64,000 nt of DNA, from NCBI GenBank assembly GCA_973895155.1, contig OZ316893.1:8394963-8458962 (forward strand), written 5' to 3'. A model generated the notes under the pieces. It did not search any database. It was not told the DNA's origin and saw nothing but the letters and a program-made list of their open reading frames with translations. The stretch comes from Marsupella aquatica. Taxonomy: Eukaryota; Plantae; Marchantiophyta. This document shows, piece by piece, positions 38,515 through 52,423 of this stretch. Each line of letters starts with the position of its first letter. The stretch's first letter is position 1. Position numbers and translations under genes: made by a program.

Positions 38515-41500
38515 ATCCCCCTCTCATCCCCAACACCCAAAGAGCTTTTCTGCAAGAATGTTTTCTTGTCCTGTCCGAATAATTGTAGCCCTCCTGAAGG
38601 CATGGGGGATATCCATTTTTTCGCCTTTAGAAGAGGTGAGAACGGTCCACAGAATCGACAAGTCTCATGGTGATGGTTTCTCACCTTCAATTGATTATAT
38701 TACTCACCTCAAATTATGAGTGAGTTTGAGTCTCATGCATTTGTGGTACTGTTTGTTTTTGGAAGCTTCTTCTCGGTAATTTTCTCGGAGTGGCCTGTGA
38801 TAGCACGGCTAAGTCCTAATAAAAGTAAGCAACGCCCTGGTACTTAAGTCGATGATTGACAATGGTTCTACTCAACGGGAAATGTTACTTTTATCGTGAC
38901 TGGTTTTGGATGAGTTTTTTTGTGTCCATATGTCACTGGGACCTTTGCTTAATCTATCAAGCTATATCTTGTCCCTGGAGTGGGAGTGAGCCTTTTGTCT
39001 GGGGGCTGGTCATTTGATTGTGGACGCGGTGACGTAGACATCACCAGAAACTTGTGAATACCCCTTTTCATAGTTTTACTAGTTTGCTTGGGATAGGTTC
39101 AAACCTTGAATCCTCCTTGTGATCCTATGCACCTGATGCACCTTATGTCGGGATTGAATCCCATACCAGCTTGTAGCTCTTTGCCAGTAATATTGTTAAG
39201 ATCTTTCTTTTTTGTATTCTACTCTTTATTGGGCCTAGATTTAGATAGAGTTTTCTGTGAAAATGCCTATTTTGAAAGACATCTCCGTTGTGATTGGGTC
39301 TGGATGAAACTCGCATCCAAAGTGGCAACCACCTATATTAACCAATACCTTACAACCAGATCTCTGAAGGCTACTGTTAATCTGTAGATCACACTGGAAT
39401 CACCCTCCCCCTCCTGTGGAGACAGCACAACAGGCAGCCATGCCCTAGAACTCGGGATTGGACAGGCATTTGTAATTGGCCAATTGGAGCCAAAGCATTT
39501 GCTGCAAATTGTTAACAAATGGGGAGACTGCCTCCAAACTGCGTCAAGAGGGGATCACGAGATTTTTGAGATGTTCACATTTAGTAATGTACCCAATCTG
39601 CCCTATGGTGATTTTTTACCAGGCCAAGTGTAACCATGGAGATGGTTTAGGAAAGGGGAACTGGCACCCAAGTATAGGGAGAGTTAATACTTGTGTAGCA
39701 TTGTAGAAGTTGCGATTCATGATGAATATCATGCCTCCTTGCCTGAGTTTCCCAGCTGCCCAAGTGTTTGGTTGAATTTTCTAAGGTTGACACCAAAATG
39801 CTACTTGTGTATCCACTTGTGTGGTAAAAAGATATGTGTGCACCTAGTGGGATTCAACCCCTGTGACCTGTGCCTTCCCACAAAAATAATCTCCCACTCG
39901 AGGTACTGTTTGGAGTGACCAACTCCAACTATTACTGGTACCTAAAAAGCAATTTTCTGTTCACATGGGCTTGAGCGGCTGTCCACTGTTATGGACATGT
40001 TAGCAGCATTACCTCATTTGATATTGGGGTTTGTCTAAAATGGTTTTTCAAGCCGTGGGGACCAAACTACCAATCAATCAAATCCTTAGTCATCAACTGC
40101 CATCCAATTTTGCCACCATCTTTATGCGCAAGATTGAATTGGTACAAGACGGATTCGAAGACTTTTGACCCCTTATTAACTGAACCCCCTTTTGAGTACC
40201 TTTGTGACAGCTTAATTTGCCCCAATGAGCAACAAATGGTCACTTTTGTGAATGGTGCTTAGCTTTTGCGGAGGATGCCCTGAGAAATTTGGGCATGAGT
40301 TGCAAATTACTGCTTTTGTCAAAAACTTTCTGAGTCCTTTGGGCATGAGCAACAATTTACCAATGGGTGAATTAATTAGAGCCTGTTGCAAACCACGAGG
40401 AGCATTTACCAGTCAAATTTTAGTCAAAGTATAAAAGGTGCTACCTCAGTCTTTTTAGACATTCTATGCTAGTCCATCCAAAGGTCACGTTTCAGTCGAC
40501 TGTAAAAGGTAATTACCAAAAAGTTTAGGACACTATATCAGTCCATCCAAACTTTGGAAATCCATCCCAGTTTCAGAGCAAACCCTTGGTCCGTCTGGGC
40601 TTTATTTCCAGGGCATTAAGTATACTTTGAAGTCATGTTTTACAGGGTACTGTGGGTCAAATCCGGCCATAAAGAGAGCCAACCCAATTTTTAAAGTGCT
40701 ATTATTGCCCATTATGATGTGGTAACAGGAACTGAATACGCAGGTTTGGCACAGGCATATTGGGGGTCTCGACCCGGTCAAACCATCGTCATCAACCGGT
40801 CCCGACCTGGCTGACCCTGACCTCGGCCTTCCCTGGCCCTGACCTTTCCCGGTCCCCCACCATTTTTGACCCGGCCTGGCCCGACCCCGACCCCACCCAG
40901 TCCTCCCACCCACCCAACCCGGCTCCTACCCTGACACTGACCCCGCCCGATCGCAACCCTAAACCAAGGGACCGGCTCACTAGACTGGGGAGTCCGGGAG
41001 AATCTCGGGAATGGCTGGGGAATCAGTTGGAATTTACATCAAATTGTCTGTTTTGGGGTCGTCCTTTTATGGGTTTACGTGCCCGGCAAGACATCAAGTT
41101 GTCCATCAGGTTAAATCTGGCGGAATACACATAAAGGCTAAAGTGACTAATATAGTATATTACTAGTAAAAAGCAAAGGAGAATCTTGATAATGAGTTTA
41201 TCCAAATCATGTCAAAGAAATCAATATTATTAGTAGTGAAAGCAATGGAGAATCTTCATGATGAGTTATCCAAATCTTGCCCATGCGTTCTTTCTCCAAT
41301 AATGCCCTCTGATAGGAAACTCACCAAGGGAATTAAGTATACAGTAAAGTACTATTTTGAGGGCATTATACAATGCCCACAATATGAGAGCTTTAAGCTC
41401 AAGTTTTGAATGGTTAATATTGCCCTCTAATGCTCCCAAAATAGGACCTTATTACACTTAAAAACCTAAGAGATTTTAGCTTTTTTTAAACTTTACTAAA

Positions 41501-42009
41501 ATTAAAGAAGAATCTTAACTAAAGAGGGTGGGCATTATGAATAGGATAATGCCTTGGTTAGAGGGCATTATTCGCATAATGGAAGTAACTAGGACATTAA
41601 TGTGCGTAAAAACTTGAGTGATTTTTCAATAACAAACAAGAAAAAATGAATCTCTGAATAGAAAATCCAAGCCAAAGGGCCTGCAATTGGCCAAAGGCAT
41701 GAAAGAAGTTAAAAACAAATCTAGTGATTTTGATAGATGTTATTTTATTTAGTAACACTATATTTGTGTTTTATCTTTCCTATTTTTGTGATAGTTCACA
41801 TAATGTCCTCCTCAAAAGAAGAGAGGATGTATGGGAAATTTATGCACTTAAAAATATGAAGAGAACAAAAATCTTTACGCTCCTAGAATGCCCCGTTGAA
41901 TAGAAAAAAGGACATTAAGCTTAGGAAGCGCATTATGTACTAAATAAAACATCATTACATTACACTAACACCTAAAATACTGTCCAGCAGTAAAAGAGCC
42001 CGGGCTGTC

Positions 42010-42145
42010 ATGGAAAGATGTGGGAGAGAACGAAGGCTGATAATGGAAAGATGTGGGAGAGAACGAAGGCTGATAATGGAAAGATGTGGGAAAGAACGAA
42101 GGCTGATAATGGAAAGATGTGGGAGAGAACGAAGTTCGGAAAGAT
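42010..42145. repeat. 33-bp minisatellite (about 4 copies)
   Basis: ATGGAAAGATGTGGGAGAGAACGAAGGCTGATA is repeated almost perfectly. Confidence 0.92.
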
Positions 42146-42329
42146 ACACACTCCGTCATGAAAGAAGAGAAGAGAAGAGAAGAGAAGAGAACTCTTTTCT
42201 GCGTTCGCTTCACACATCAGATTGTTATGATTGACACATTCACACGGGACATTTTTTTAGTCGGAGCTCTGCAGTCTGCATTCCGCATTTCTATTCCGCT
42301 GCTCCACCATAGTCATTCCCTCCATTCCT

Positions 42330-42640
42330 CCATTCGCTCGCCTTTCCTCCAATTCACAATCAATGCTCGACCAGCGCGAACTTCGATGCTGCGAACTCCG
42401 CTGCTTCCGAACTCCTCCACCATAGTCGTTCCTTCGCTCCTCGTCCTTCTTCCAATTCACCATCAATGCTCGACCTCCGCGAACTTCGATGCTGCGAACT
42501 CTGCTGCCGCTGCTGCGAACTCCGCTGCTGCCTGCTTCCTCACTCCTCCACCATAGTCGTCCCTTCGCTCCTCGGACCTCGTCCTTCCTCCAATTCACCA
42601 TCAATGCTCGCCTAGCGCCAACTTCGATGCTGCGAATTCG
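42330..42640. repeat. Three-copy ~105-135-bp degenerate repeat
   Basis: TCCAATTCAC(A/C)ATCAATGCTCG....GCG.AACTTCGATGCTGCGAA occurs at about 42348, 42451 and 42589. Confidence 0.85.
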
Positions 42641-44297
42641 GCTCATCATTGGTCATCATCTGTAACACCGTTGTCGGCATCGGAGTTGTGGACCGGTTCC
42701 ATAGTTCCGTTCCTCGGAGCTCTGCGCTGTCTGCGGTCGTGGTTGCTGTTGTAGTTGAACTGCTGTTTGTTTCTGCGATCGAGCTGCACGTTTGGATTGC
42801 TCACGGCGTCGACCGGGGATGGGAGAATGATGATGATGATCATCATCATCATGGTTTGGAAATGCGGCGCGAGGAACGACTCCGATAGTCCGATGCGTGA
42901 GTGAGGGAGGGATCGAGTGATGATTCAGGTCTGTAGTAGCTGCCTGCTGCCTGTCCGATACATCATTAAATGAATCATTAGTCGTTAGCGGTAGTCTCGT
43001 CACTCACTCGTAGCGACCACCGCTCCTTGCCTCCTTTTTTCCTTCCTTTCGTCTGAGACTCTGAGTCCTTCCGTAATGATGATCAGGTCGCTCGCTTCGT
43101 GATAATTTTGTCAATCGCTGGGCAATCGGGCGTCGTGTCATTTTGTTCTCTGGTTGTTCTCATGTTCTTCGCTGCGTTGTTCTCGTCCCTCGAACATTTT
43201 CTAGTATCTCCATTTTTCATGAAACGCGGGTCCGCTGCGTAAGAGGTGCTTTGTGTTTCGTTCTGCCCTCGGATATTGTTTACTCTCTGCTTATTTTATG
43301 AAACACTCTTCTACTTTTGAGAAGACTCTTCTGGAGAAAGTCTATGGTATCTGCGATTTCTAAAGCATAACCTCCTTTCACTGATGAAGCACCAGTAACG
43401 CAGTGCTTTGTAATCCCCCACTCGCGGCAGTAAGTTGTAGCTGTCATTGACTCGTGACCCACTCACTGCGGAACAACTATACTCAGTTCTGTTTGCATGC
43501 AAGGCAGCTGCAGACATAGGTCAGGCTGCGGGCATAGCTCTGGCTGTGTACGTAGTTTAGTCCGCATTATTATTCCGAGAGTTAATTTGAGCTGGACTGT
43601 TGAATGAACTGAGTCTCGCACGCACAAGCAGTGAGTGAGTGGCACAGAGTGTCTTACTTTTTTGCGTGGCACGGACTTGCCGTCACTCTGTCAATTTTGT
43701 TCGAGCTGGGAAAATGAGCACGGTATGTAGGTATAACTTTTCCTGCTTAGCTGCTCTCACATCCGCCGTAGCACGGTATGGCTCCACTACAAGCTGGCTG
43801 GCTGGCTCTTCTTTCTTCGTTTGAGTTCGAAAGTTTTAGGAAATTTCCTTCCTGTCCTTCGAAAGTGAGTGGAGAAACCCGTGTTCCCACCGTGTGGACT
43901 TCATCTCACATGTCACTTGCATGATCACTCCAAGAATCAGAGTATTTTAATTGGATACGTTTAGGGGACAAGATGTATAGCTTTCAGGATATCTATCTGT
44001 CTGCCATGTCTTTCATAAGTCTTGGAGCTGCTGTCTACGACTTTGTTCGAACCCGGATTAGCCCCCCGGCCCAAGAACAGGTTAGCACTAGTCATTTTGC
44101 CTTGAATAAGTCCAAAGAAGGGCACTCTTGATCGCTGAAGATTTTGTCTCCATGAGGAAATTTGCTGCATCTTACGTAGACAGGACGGTGTTCCTCTCCA
44201 TCACTCTTGAAGTGCGGCACAGACAACCATAGAGCAGACTAATAAACACTAATACAACTACGAATCTTTTGTTATGCCTGATCAGGTTGTACTTACC

Positions 44298-47200
44298 ATG
44301 GATACGCTGGAGCTAGTGCCTATGAAAGGCACGCAATTACAGCGCGTGGAAGATTTCGATGCTTCCAAGTTCCACATCAAGGTCTGGTTCCATTTTGCAT
44401 GATTGCAAAACCCTCTCCCCTCCCTACTTGAAAGCCACAAAGGCGATGTGAGCAAGGAAGAGCATTCTTCGGGTCGCACTTAGATAGTTTGTTTGTTTTA
44501 AATGTGTGCCTCACCCTTCACTCGTTCGTCTGTTACTGCCTGCCTTAGCGAAGCTCTCACCTGAAACTAACACAAACCTCCTGCTATCCAGGAATTGCGC
44601 ATTAAAGATTTACACAAAAATCTTTGTAAGAAATCACCATATTTTCACGTTAGACTTGTAAGTTCTTCTATCTCTCCCTTGTCAGCTTTGAGATTATTTC
44701 CGGTTGTTGGGTGTCCTTAGTTGTTGTGCCGTTTAGGTCACGCCTGGGGCTGTGTCAGTGACCTTCAATAATGGTGATCACTGAGTTTTTGCTTTCAGAT
44801 ACAAAGAGTGGGAAATTTGTTGATGTGGGGAAGATGGGATGGGCTCATGAACAAACAGGATTCACACAAGAGGACCTCTGCGGCTGAGCCAGCTGAACCG
44901 AATGGCAAGCTGCGTCGATCCAGTCTTGGAACCTCTGACGCAGATTATGAATCCTGCGAAGAGGACGGTGTGGCGTCTGTACCACAGGGGTCGACTTTAC
45001 CCGATCCAAGTGAAGCTCAGAGAGAGTTCTCAGCAGCTGAGGAGCAGCCCTCCAATCGCACGTCGAAGAGGAAAACACGGTTGCCTGGCAAGTTCCGCCT
45101 CGATTCCAATTCCTTTTCAGACTTCCCTGAAAGTTATTCGCGGTACTATAGACGTAGCACTTCAAAGCCCAAGGTAAAGCACCCTCGTTTGAAAGGAAAT
45201 CTTGATCCCGTTGAAACTCAGTTCTTCGAAGTTCCCATAGAAGCCCATGAAGTAGACTTACCGCAATGTGATACTGCTGCTACTGCCAGCAGTGGGGACC
45301 GCATTGATTTAGGTTCTTCCAAAGTTGCTGATTCCTACCCTTCTACACCTTCCGAGCGAAAGAAGTCCACCAGACCACTGAAACAAATCTTTCATTCTCC
45401 ATCGTCCAGCCAAAAACGACACCCAACACCTAAACAATCCAGGGTCAGCGTTGATTACTCCGAGGTAGGCCCCCTCCTGCTCGTCATTCATATTTTTAAA
45501 TTTTGCGCTTTGAGCTCTCCGGCAATTATTACCAGATATTTAGACACTGAATTGAAATTTGACTGCTTTCCCTCTTAGAAACGCCATGCAAGTGAGTCTA
45601 ACATTGCACATGAACTGAATGCAGTGTATGCAAGTCAGTACCGACACCGAGCCTCATGAAGGGTATTTTTACTACTATGTCGTTTTCGTTGGCATGCGTA
45701 GCACTATTTGACAAACTTCCATTTCAGTATCATTTTGAAAATTCGTGAGAATGCACATGAAGAGTTTATTCACGTTCTAGTTATTGTGAGATGGTTTCGC
45801 ATTGCCTTCTGATGTTATTCTCGTAACATGCAGTCCGAGCAAAACTCCTATAACCAGCAGCACGAAATGGAAGCATAGCTCTTCTGATGCCAACCCAAAG
45901 GAGATTCTCCCGAATGGAAAGAGGAAACTTGAGAACGGATTTAAGGGAAAGACAAGCAGTAGCGGGAGTAAAGGTCCAGAAAGGAAGAGCAAGCCTCTTG
46001 AGAGAAAATTGCAACGAACCTACAACGCTCCGAATGGAAGTACAGAGGAGATATTGCCCGTGAGATGGATGCTTGATTCACCTGATGTCAGTGTGGAGAG
46101 GATTCTGTCCACAGAATTGAAGAGAATTCGTGAGAGCAAACTGGAAGAGAAGAAACGCAGGATTATGGAGAGCAATCTGAAAGAAAAGAAAAGTAAGATT
46201 CTCGAGAGCGAATCGAAACGGAGCTATCATGCTCCACAGGCCAGCACGGAGGGCACCCTTCCCATGGGACGGAAATACCAAACTTCTGATCCCAGTATTG
46301 CAAAGAGGACACTCGATAGCAAATCGAAGGACAAGAAAATCAGGACTGTTGAGAGCAGAGGGAAAGAAAGGAAGAGCAGGACTCTGGAGGGCGAATCGAA
46401 ACATGGACACAATGCTCCAAATGCTAGTAGAGAGGACACTGTACCCATGAAGTGGAGACTAACCAAAGAGAAGTCGGCCCTTGAGAGAAAATGGAAAGGA
46501 AAAAGTAATAGGACTAGTGAGAGTCAATTGAAAGAAAAGACGAGAACTGTGGATAAGGGATTGTTGAAACTGTGCTATCATGATCGTGATGGCAGCACGG
46601 AGAACATTCTGCCCCTGGAGCGGGAACACCGCTATTCTGATGCGAGCATGGAGGAGATTCTGCCCACTGAAAAAAAAAAAATTCCTGACAGGAAATTGAA
46701 AGAAAAGACGAAGCCTGCCGAATTTAAATCGAAGGAAAAGAAACCCAAGACGAAGCCTGCCGAATCTAAATCGAAGGAAAAGAAACCCAAGACGAAACAG
46801 AGCACCGATGGTCCTGACGCCAAAGATGCGAAACCATCACGGAGAGTTAGTACTCCAATCAGGAAACTGAAAAGTGGTTATACCTCTGAGGATCGCTCGA
46901 GTGACTTGGAGCGAGATACGGATGGTCCCGGGATCAGTCATCCTACTTTCGCCACTGAGATGAAATATTCCAACGTAGTCAAGTGCTTCTGGATGGTAAG
47001 GAATTGCCGGGATAAACACACACTCCTCTTGTTCCTCTTATTGGAGCTTCTAGTTTTGCACAATCACCGGAACTGATTGTGGTTTTGGCCTTGCAGGGTA
47101 TTCCAGCAAATTTCAGTACCAGGCATATGCCAAATCACGATCAGTTTATAGTTCTTCAAGATGCTGAGGGTCTGAAATGGGAAGCCAACTACCTGGCTAG

Positions 47201-48325
47201 AAAGAAGGGTCTCAGCGGTGGATGGCGCCGGTTTGCATTGGACCATCATTTGGAGATGGGAGATATTGTCGTATTCGAGTTGGTCAAGCCTCTAAAGTTC
47301 CTGGTTTGTAAAACTTTCCAATAACGACCAGGAAAGGTTACATGTAGATGAGCGGTCCTCGTAGAATTTCAAAGTTTCTATTTGGATGCTAAGAAAATTT
47401 ATGGAGGGATGCTAGAAATCATTCCTGCCTAGAGCTGTTGGGCTCATTTATTCTGTACTTAGGAAACAACGCTCTTTTCCCCTACTGTTTGTTCATTAGG
47501 CCACTGCGAATTCAGGCAGACAGTCTCACTTCAATCAGGATTTGTGCTCGTAGATTCTCACCAGAAGTAGCCGCTGCATAACACATTTGCAAAGTTCCAG
47601 CTTTCCACACTCGTCTGCCGTACCCTGTCTGAGGCCTTGACAATTGATCGTGCTCTGATTGACAGGTACATATTACTAAAATATCTGGAGGTGAAAGTCC
47701 AACTGCCCCAACTCATCACCCAGTTCGAGAAACTCCGAAGAAAGTGCTCAAACCTCAGGCTTTCGTTGGCACTAAGAGGTTCTCTTCCTTTGAGTCTGCC
47801 CTGTTTTCTAACAGGAAGAGGGTGAACAAAGATGCTGAAGGCAAGCTTCCCAGCAAGAAGTCCCGTTTGGCTGGTGACGATAAGAAAGATCGAGGAGGTA
47901 AAGAGCGGGAATCTGTGGCAATGGCACCAGCAGCAGAACCGAATCGCCTGTTTTACCCCGGAGCGTTAAAAAGAAACCGGAAGGTTGCCAGAAAAGCGAC
48001 TGACCACGATGAGGATCAGGGTGCTCTGCTGACCTTTGAAGACAGTGAAGGTGAAGAGGCGCTTGAGACTAAGAGAGGGCCGTTAGCCCCCAAATTCAGG
48101 CGTCTGAGCAGTACGGAGGATGATAGGAGAGACTCCAATGCAGGGATCGATGTACAAGAGTTGCGATTGACTATTTATGAGGAACCTGCAATTGTGTCCA
48201 GCTTGGAGCCACAAAAAGCAAAAGCTGAACCTCACTCTCCCAAACCAGGACCTAAAAAGAAGCTCAGGCGGGTGAGCTATTTTTATTCCACAGATGAGGA
48301 CCAAGGCAATTCCATTAGTGCGTGA
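44298..48325 (+). CDS. B3 DNA-binding domain protein (REM-like) with long Lys/Ser-rich disordered regions
   Basis: Phase-consistent exons lie at about 44298-44381, 44799-45464, 45579-45625, 45834-46995, 47097-47303 and 47666-48325. The B3 domain reads HPTFATEMKYSNVVKCFWM|GIPANFSTRHMP..IVLQDAEGLKWEANYLARKKGLSGGWRRFALDHHLEMGDIVVFELVKPLKFL|VHI. The first exon is less certain. Confidence 0.85.
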
Positions 48326-51300
48326 CAGTGGACAACCTGGGAAACTCAGGGACAATCTCAGAACAAGTTGTAAAAAAGGCTTCAAACGCTCTCCAGGAGA
48401 AACGGGATTTTGTACAGTAATTCTAGCAGTTCATCAAGGTATGGAGGTAGGTCACCTGAGAGCGACATCCCTACTGACCAGGAGTCTGTCTGACGTCCAA
48501 TCAGTTTTCTGCTAACTTATTTCAAGAGATAGACCTGTGACGCTCTTAAAGACCATCAGGTGAAGCAGTATGTCTGGTATATATTATAAGTTTCTGTTCT
48601 TAGGGATTGAAATGTCTACACAAGCTGGTGGAACTTCTCTACACTGAAGAGCAACATATTGGCTCCGGATACCAGTTTGATAAGGGTTGGTTGCTGACAC
48701 ATAGAAGGTGACATAGTTGTCAGGTATGTACAACAGGTTGTAGTCGGTTTGTTCATGACACAGTAACTTATTGGCCCCAACTATTGGTCTTCAAAGAATT
48801 GTTCGGTGTACTGGGACACATAGGTTTTGAGGATGAGGTTGAAGGGTTGGTCCACGCAAGAGTAGCTTATAACAGTAACTTATTAGTCTGACAAGAATTG
48901 TACAGGGATGGAGGAAGTTTGTCAGAAGATTGTCGCTGGTTCTGGATAGTAGTCTGAAATCAATTTTCTTAGCCATGATTTCGACTTTACGGGGATGTGG
49001 ATCTATTTGAATAGATATAGAATCAGTTTCAATTGCTGTGTTATATTCCAATTGTTGTGTTGGTTGATGTAGTGGGTTCGCACGTTTTCATATGATTCCA
49101 GGTTACCCTGTCGTCTGATTGAGCGTTCTTGAATGAAGAAAGTCTGTCCGTCATTAACCTAATGGCGGGAAATCTACAACCCTAGTAGGACAAAAGAGTG
49201 ACCAAAGTTATCATTTCCAATATAGTATTGGAATTGAAAATTAGGGGTGTTGAAGAGGTTCTTTACTGACTTGCGTTAATACAACAGTAATTGAGAATAA
49301 GTATGCTGATTTTGTTAATTATAGGTCAAATGGTAGGTTCTTGACTAGCTTAGTAAAACACATTATCCAAAATACATCCCATCCAAATATGAAAATCAGA
49401 CGAGTCTATCGAGAGAGAGGCCATGGGATCGTTACCCTTGCAACCAAAATCCAAGCCACATTCGAAGGGTCAGTGAGAGATTCCAACACATGTTGCAAGA
49501 TTGCCACCTGTTTGTATCCTTATTATGGCTGGCTTACAACTCCTTAAGGTAGCTCATAGATTTGCAGTTCACCAACAGATCCAAGGTCCGCAATTCAAAT
49601 CTCACTCAAGGTCTCAAAACAAAACAAAGAAATTTTTAAAATACCAGTAATGCACTGTCTTTGGTATAGTCATGCAGAACTCAGGGCTCGACAGTAGGTC
49701 AACTATTTTACTACCGTACGTGCGAGTACTAGGGGGCGTAAGTACCAAACTCCAAAATTGGTGGGACCTTGCAGTAATATCCTATTTATTGCGGAGGCTT
49801 AGACACAAGATGCGTTAGTGAAAGATGCCTGGCGTGGACCATAAATCTTGCACTAAGAGGTGTTCTTGGTGTGTGGAGTCCAGTCTGACCGCCCTTAGTT
49901 CGTAGGTTCTTAGTTGCAGTAAATAACTGGGAGTGACACAATACCTCCAAACATTCAGGCTCCTGTGCCAAATCGAAGGAGAGTATGCAATCCCCAGCCG
50001 AGACTTACCATGGAAGTTCTCGTACACTGCCTACAAGTTCAAATGAATTGGATTGGCTTTCTACGAACACTGCACCTAGAAAAGTAAGACATAAGCCAAC
50101 CTTATCCGCTGACACAGGCTATCGATCAATATCCCATACCACTAAAGTTGCTTCAGATAGGTTAACCGCATTTCCCACAAATCTAGCACATTGTGTATAC
50201 AGAAGGACTTAAACACTACAACCTTAATCCTCTGACAACTCAATTCCTAGACTCTTAAAATATTTTAAGTCAACCGGTACTCAAATCAAAACTTCACATT
50301 TGCAGGCACTTAACACTGACACTCATTCCAAAATTGAAATTCTAACATGATCAAACTCACGTTCGTGGTCCCCAGTACCAATCAAGTACTTAAGTTCATA
50401 CCAGCCTTCAACAGTTGGTCAGGATGGCCCAAATCATCAGTATACCCTACACAACGAGAAGAAAGAGAGTGAATTAAGCAAGCTAAGGGAATTCGAGTAA
50501 TACTGGAAGCGTCCAGGTATTCTAAGAATGCTACTAAACAATATTCGATTTCAGTCCAGTACTGAAACGGCTTCTGATTAACGAAAACAGAAGGACAAAT
50601 GAATACCACTGCTGACAGCTACGACACGTACGGTTATTAGGTCACATCATTGAAGACGTTGGCATACCTCCCAGGATAAATTTCAGAATGGCCTTACTTT
50701 CAGCATAAAGTGGACATCGTGCAGCATTAGTACCAGTTTTCTGCTTGGCGTAAATGATCAAATGATAAAAGGATCACCTTGACTGGGAATAGTTAGAGCT
50801 GAACTTGAGCCAAGAGCGACTCAGAAGTTCTTTCAGGGAAAACATCATCTTCCCTGAAAGATCTCTACACAACTGTGCAAAGAAGCAAGGTAGCGGAATG
50901 CCTACAGAATCTTGCATTTCACGGCATGATTGTCTACGTTCTGATGCATTTTCTCTTAGGAAAACGTCTTTGGATGACAAAATGAGATCAGGTCTTGATC
51001 GAAAACACAGCATACCACAAATCCTCCCACAAAAACAAAACAAAATCGATCATGCGCTGGTAAGGAGCATCACCCAGCAGTTTTCACCTACCAGTGTAAA
51101 CAAAGCAACATTTATGTGGACCAAGCCAATGAGTACTGCCAGATGAATATAGGCCAGAGACCAGAAAGTTCCAATACCAGCCATAAACCTTCAAGGATCA
51201 TTACACCAACAAACAAAACAAAACAAGATCGAAGCTTTCTTACTTTCCATGCCCATTGACATTCAACGGCTAAAATGTGGATTAACCCAGGAGCATCTTA

Positions 51301-52423
51301 GTGATATCAGCGGAAAATTTAGCACAAAGGTCTACCACTTTGCAAGAGACGTAAACAAATTTAGCACTTTGAATAGAACTTTGCCTCGACGTAAACCCTT
51401 CAACTTCCCTGAGTCGGAAAAGATTCAATGCGAGAAACACATTCATGAATTCCTAAACAATTTCAAATTTCAAATGTTTTCATTGGCTTGAGAAAAAGAC
51501 AACATTGTCCAAGCTTCCAACACATGGAACTGGAATTGCGATGGAATCCCTGAGATTAAAAAAAAACAAATACTTGAAAGAAGTGAAACCCACGGGTTAC
51601 ACTTCAACTCGCGTATGTTACACAGAAAGAACAGATCCTCCACCCAAATCTTAATGAACTCCAATTGCTTGAAACTTGGAACTGTGACAGACTATGATCC
51701 AAAGTAAAGGTCTCCTTCAGCAAAAAGTCCATGCTTCCTCAGCTCCAGGATAATTGAACAATGATAATGACCATGTCAAGAGGTGTCTCCTTCACTAATA
51801 TCTTCATTTTGAGGGACACTCCTAGATTCTATGTCTAGGGCATGTATTACTCTTCGCTAGTATTGACCCTCCTTCAGAGGACAGAGGCAGAATGGTCATA
51901 AACCTGCTACTGATATCGAAGCAAATTATAGATGGAGCGTTTCAAAGACCCTACCAGACAAAAGCATGGAAATTGCTCATTTGAACAGCTTGCTGATGCA
52001 ACCATGGCCCTGTTCTTTCCACAAGGTAAGAGAACTGCACCTTGAACATGTCTCTGGTAAGTAAAGTGAACATATATAACAAAGAAATCAGCTACCGATG
52101 ATGAAACCAAAAAATTGCAAAAGCCAGTAAATTTACCAGCGAGATGGGCACCTCCAGGCGTAAAGGTGGAGCCAGAAATTTCCTGTCAGTTCAATTCTTG
52201 GACGAGCACTTTAAGTTGTCCCTTCGGTGCTGCTGCATATCAGTCCTGCCGCCCAGAATGGACAGAATGTAAAGAGAGGCAAAATGCTGTAAACACGTCT
52301 AAAACGATACAACCTTTCAGATCCACTTTGAAACTCCGAAAGTCTAGAGGAACAAGCTGTGGTGGTTAAGGTTCGCAAGTGACTTCATTGCACGGCGCAA
52401 TTTCTTCCGTTCACTTCAGAGAT

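Noticed and set aside
40758-40775. Possible fourth PHIS terminus (ATT-GGGGGTCTCGA)
   Set aside because: It lacks the terminal A, diverges after GTCTC, and no matching right end or TSD was found.
45781-45833. AG at 45779-45780 as a B3-gene splice acceptor
   Set aside because: It leads to an in-frame TGA at 45787. The acceptor at 45833 with the small exon 45579-45625 gives a consistent phase.
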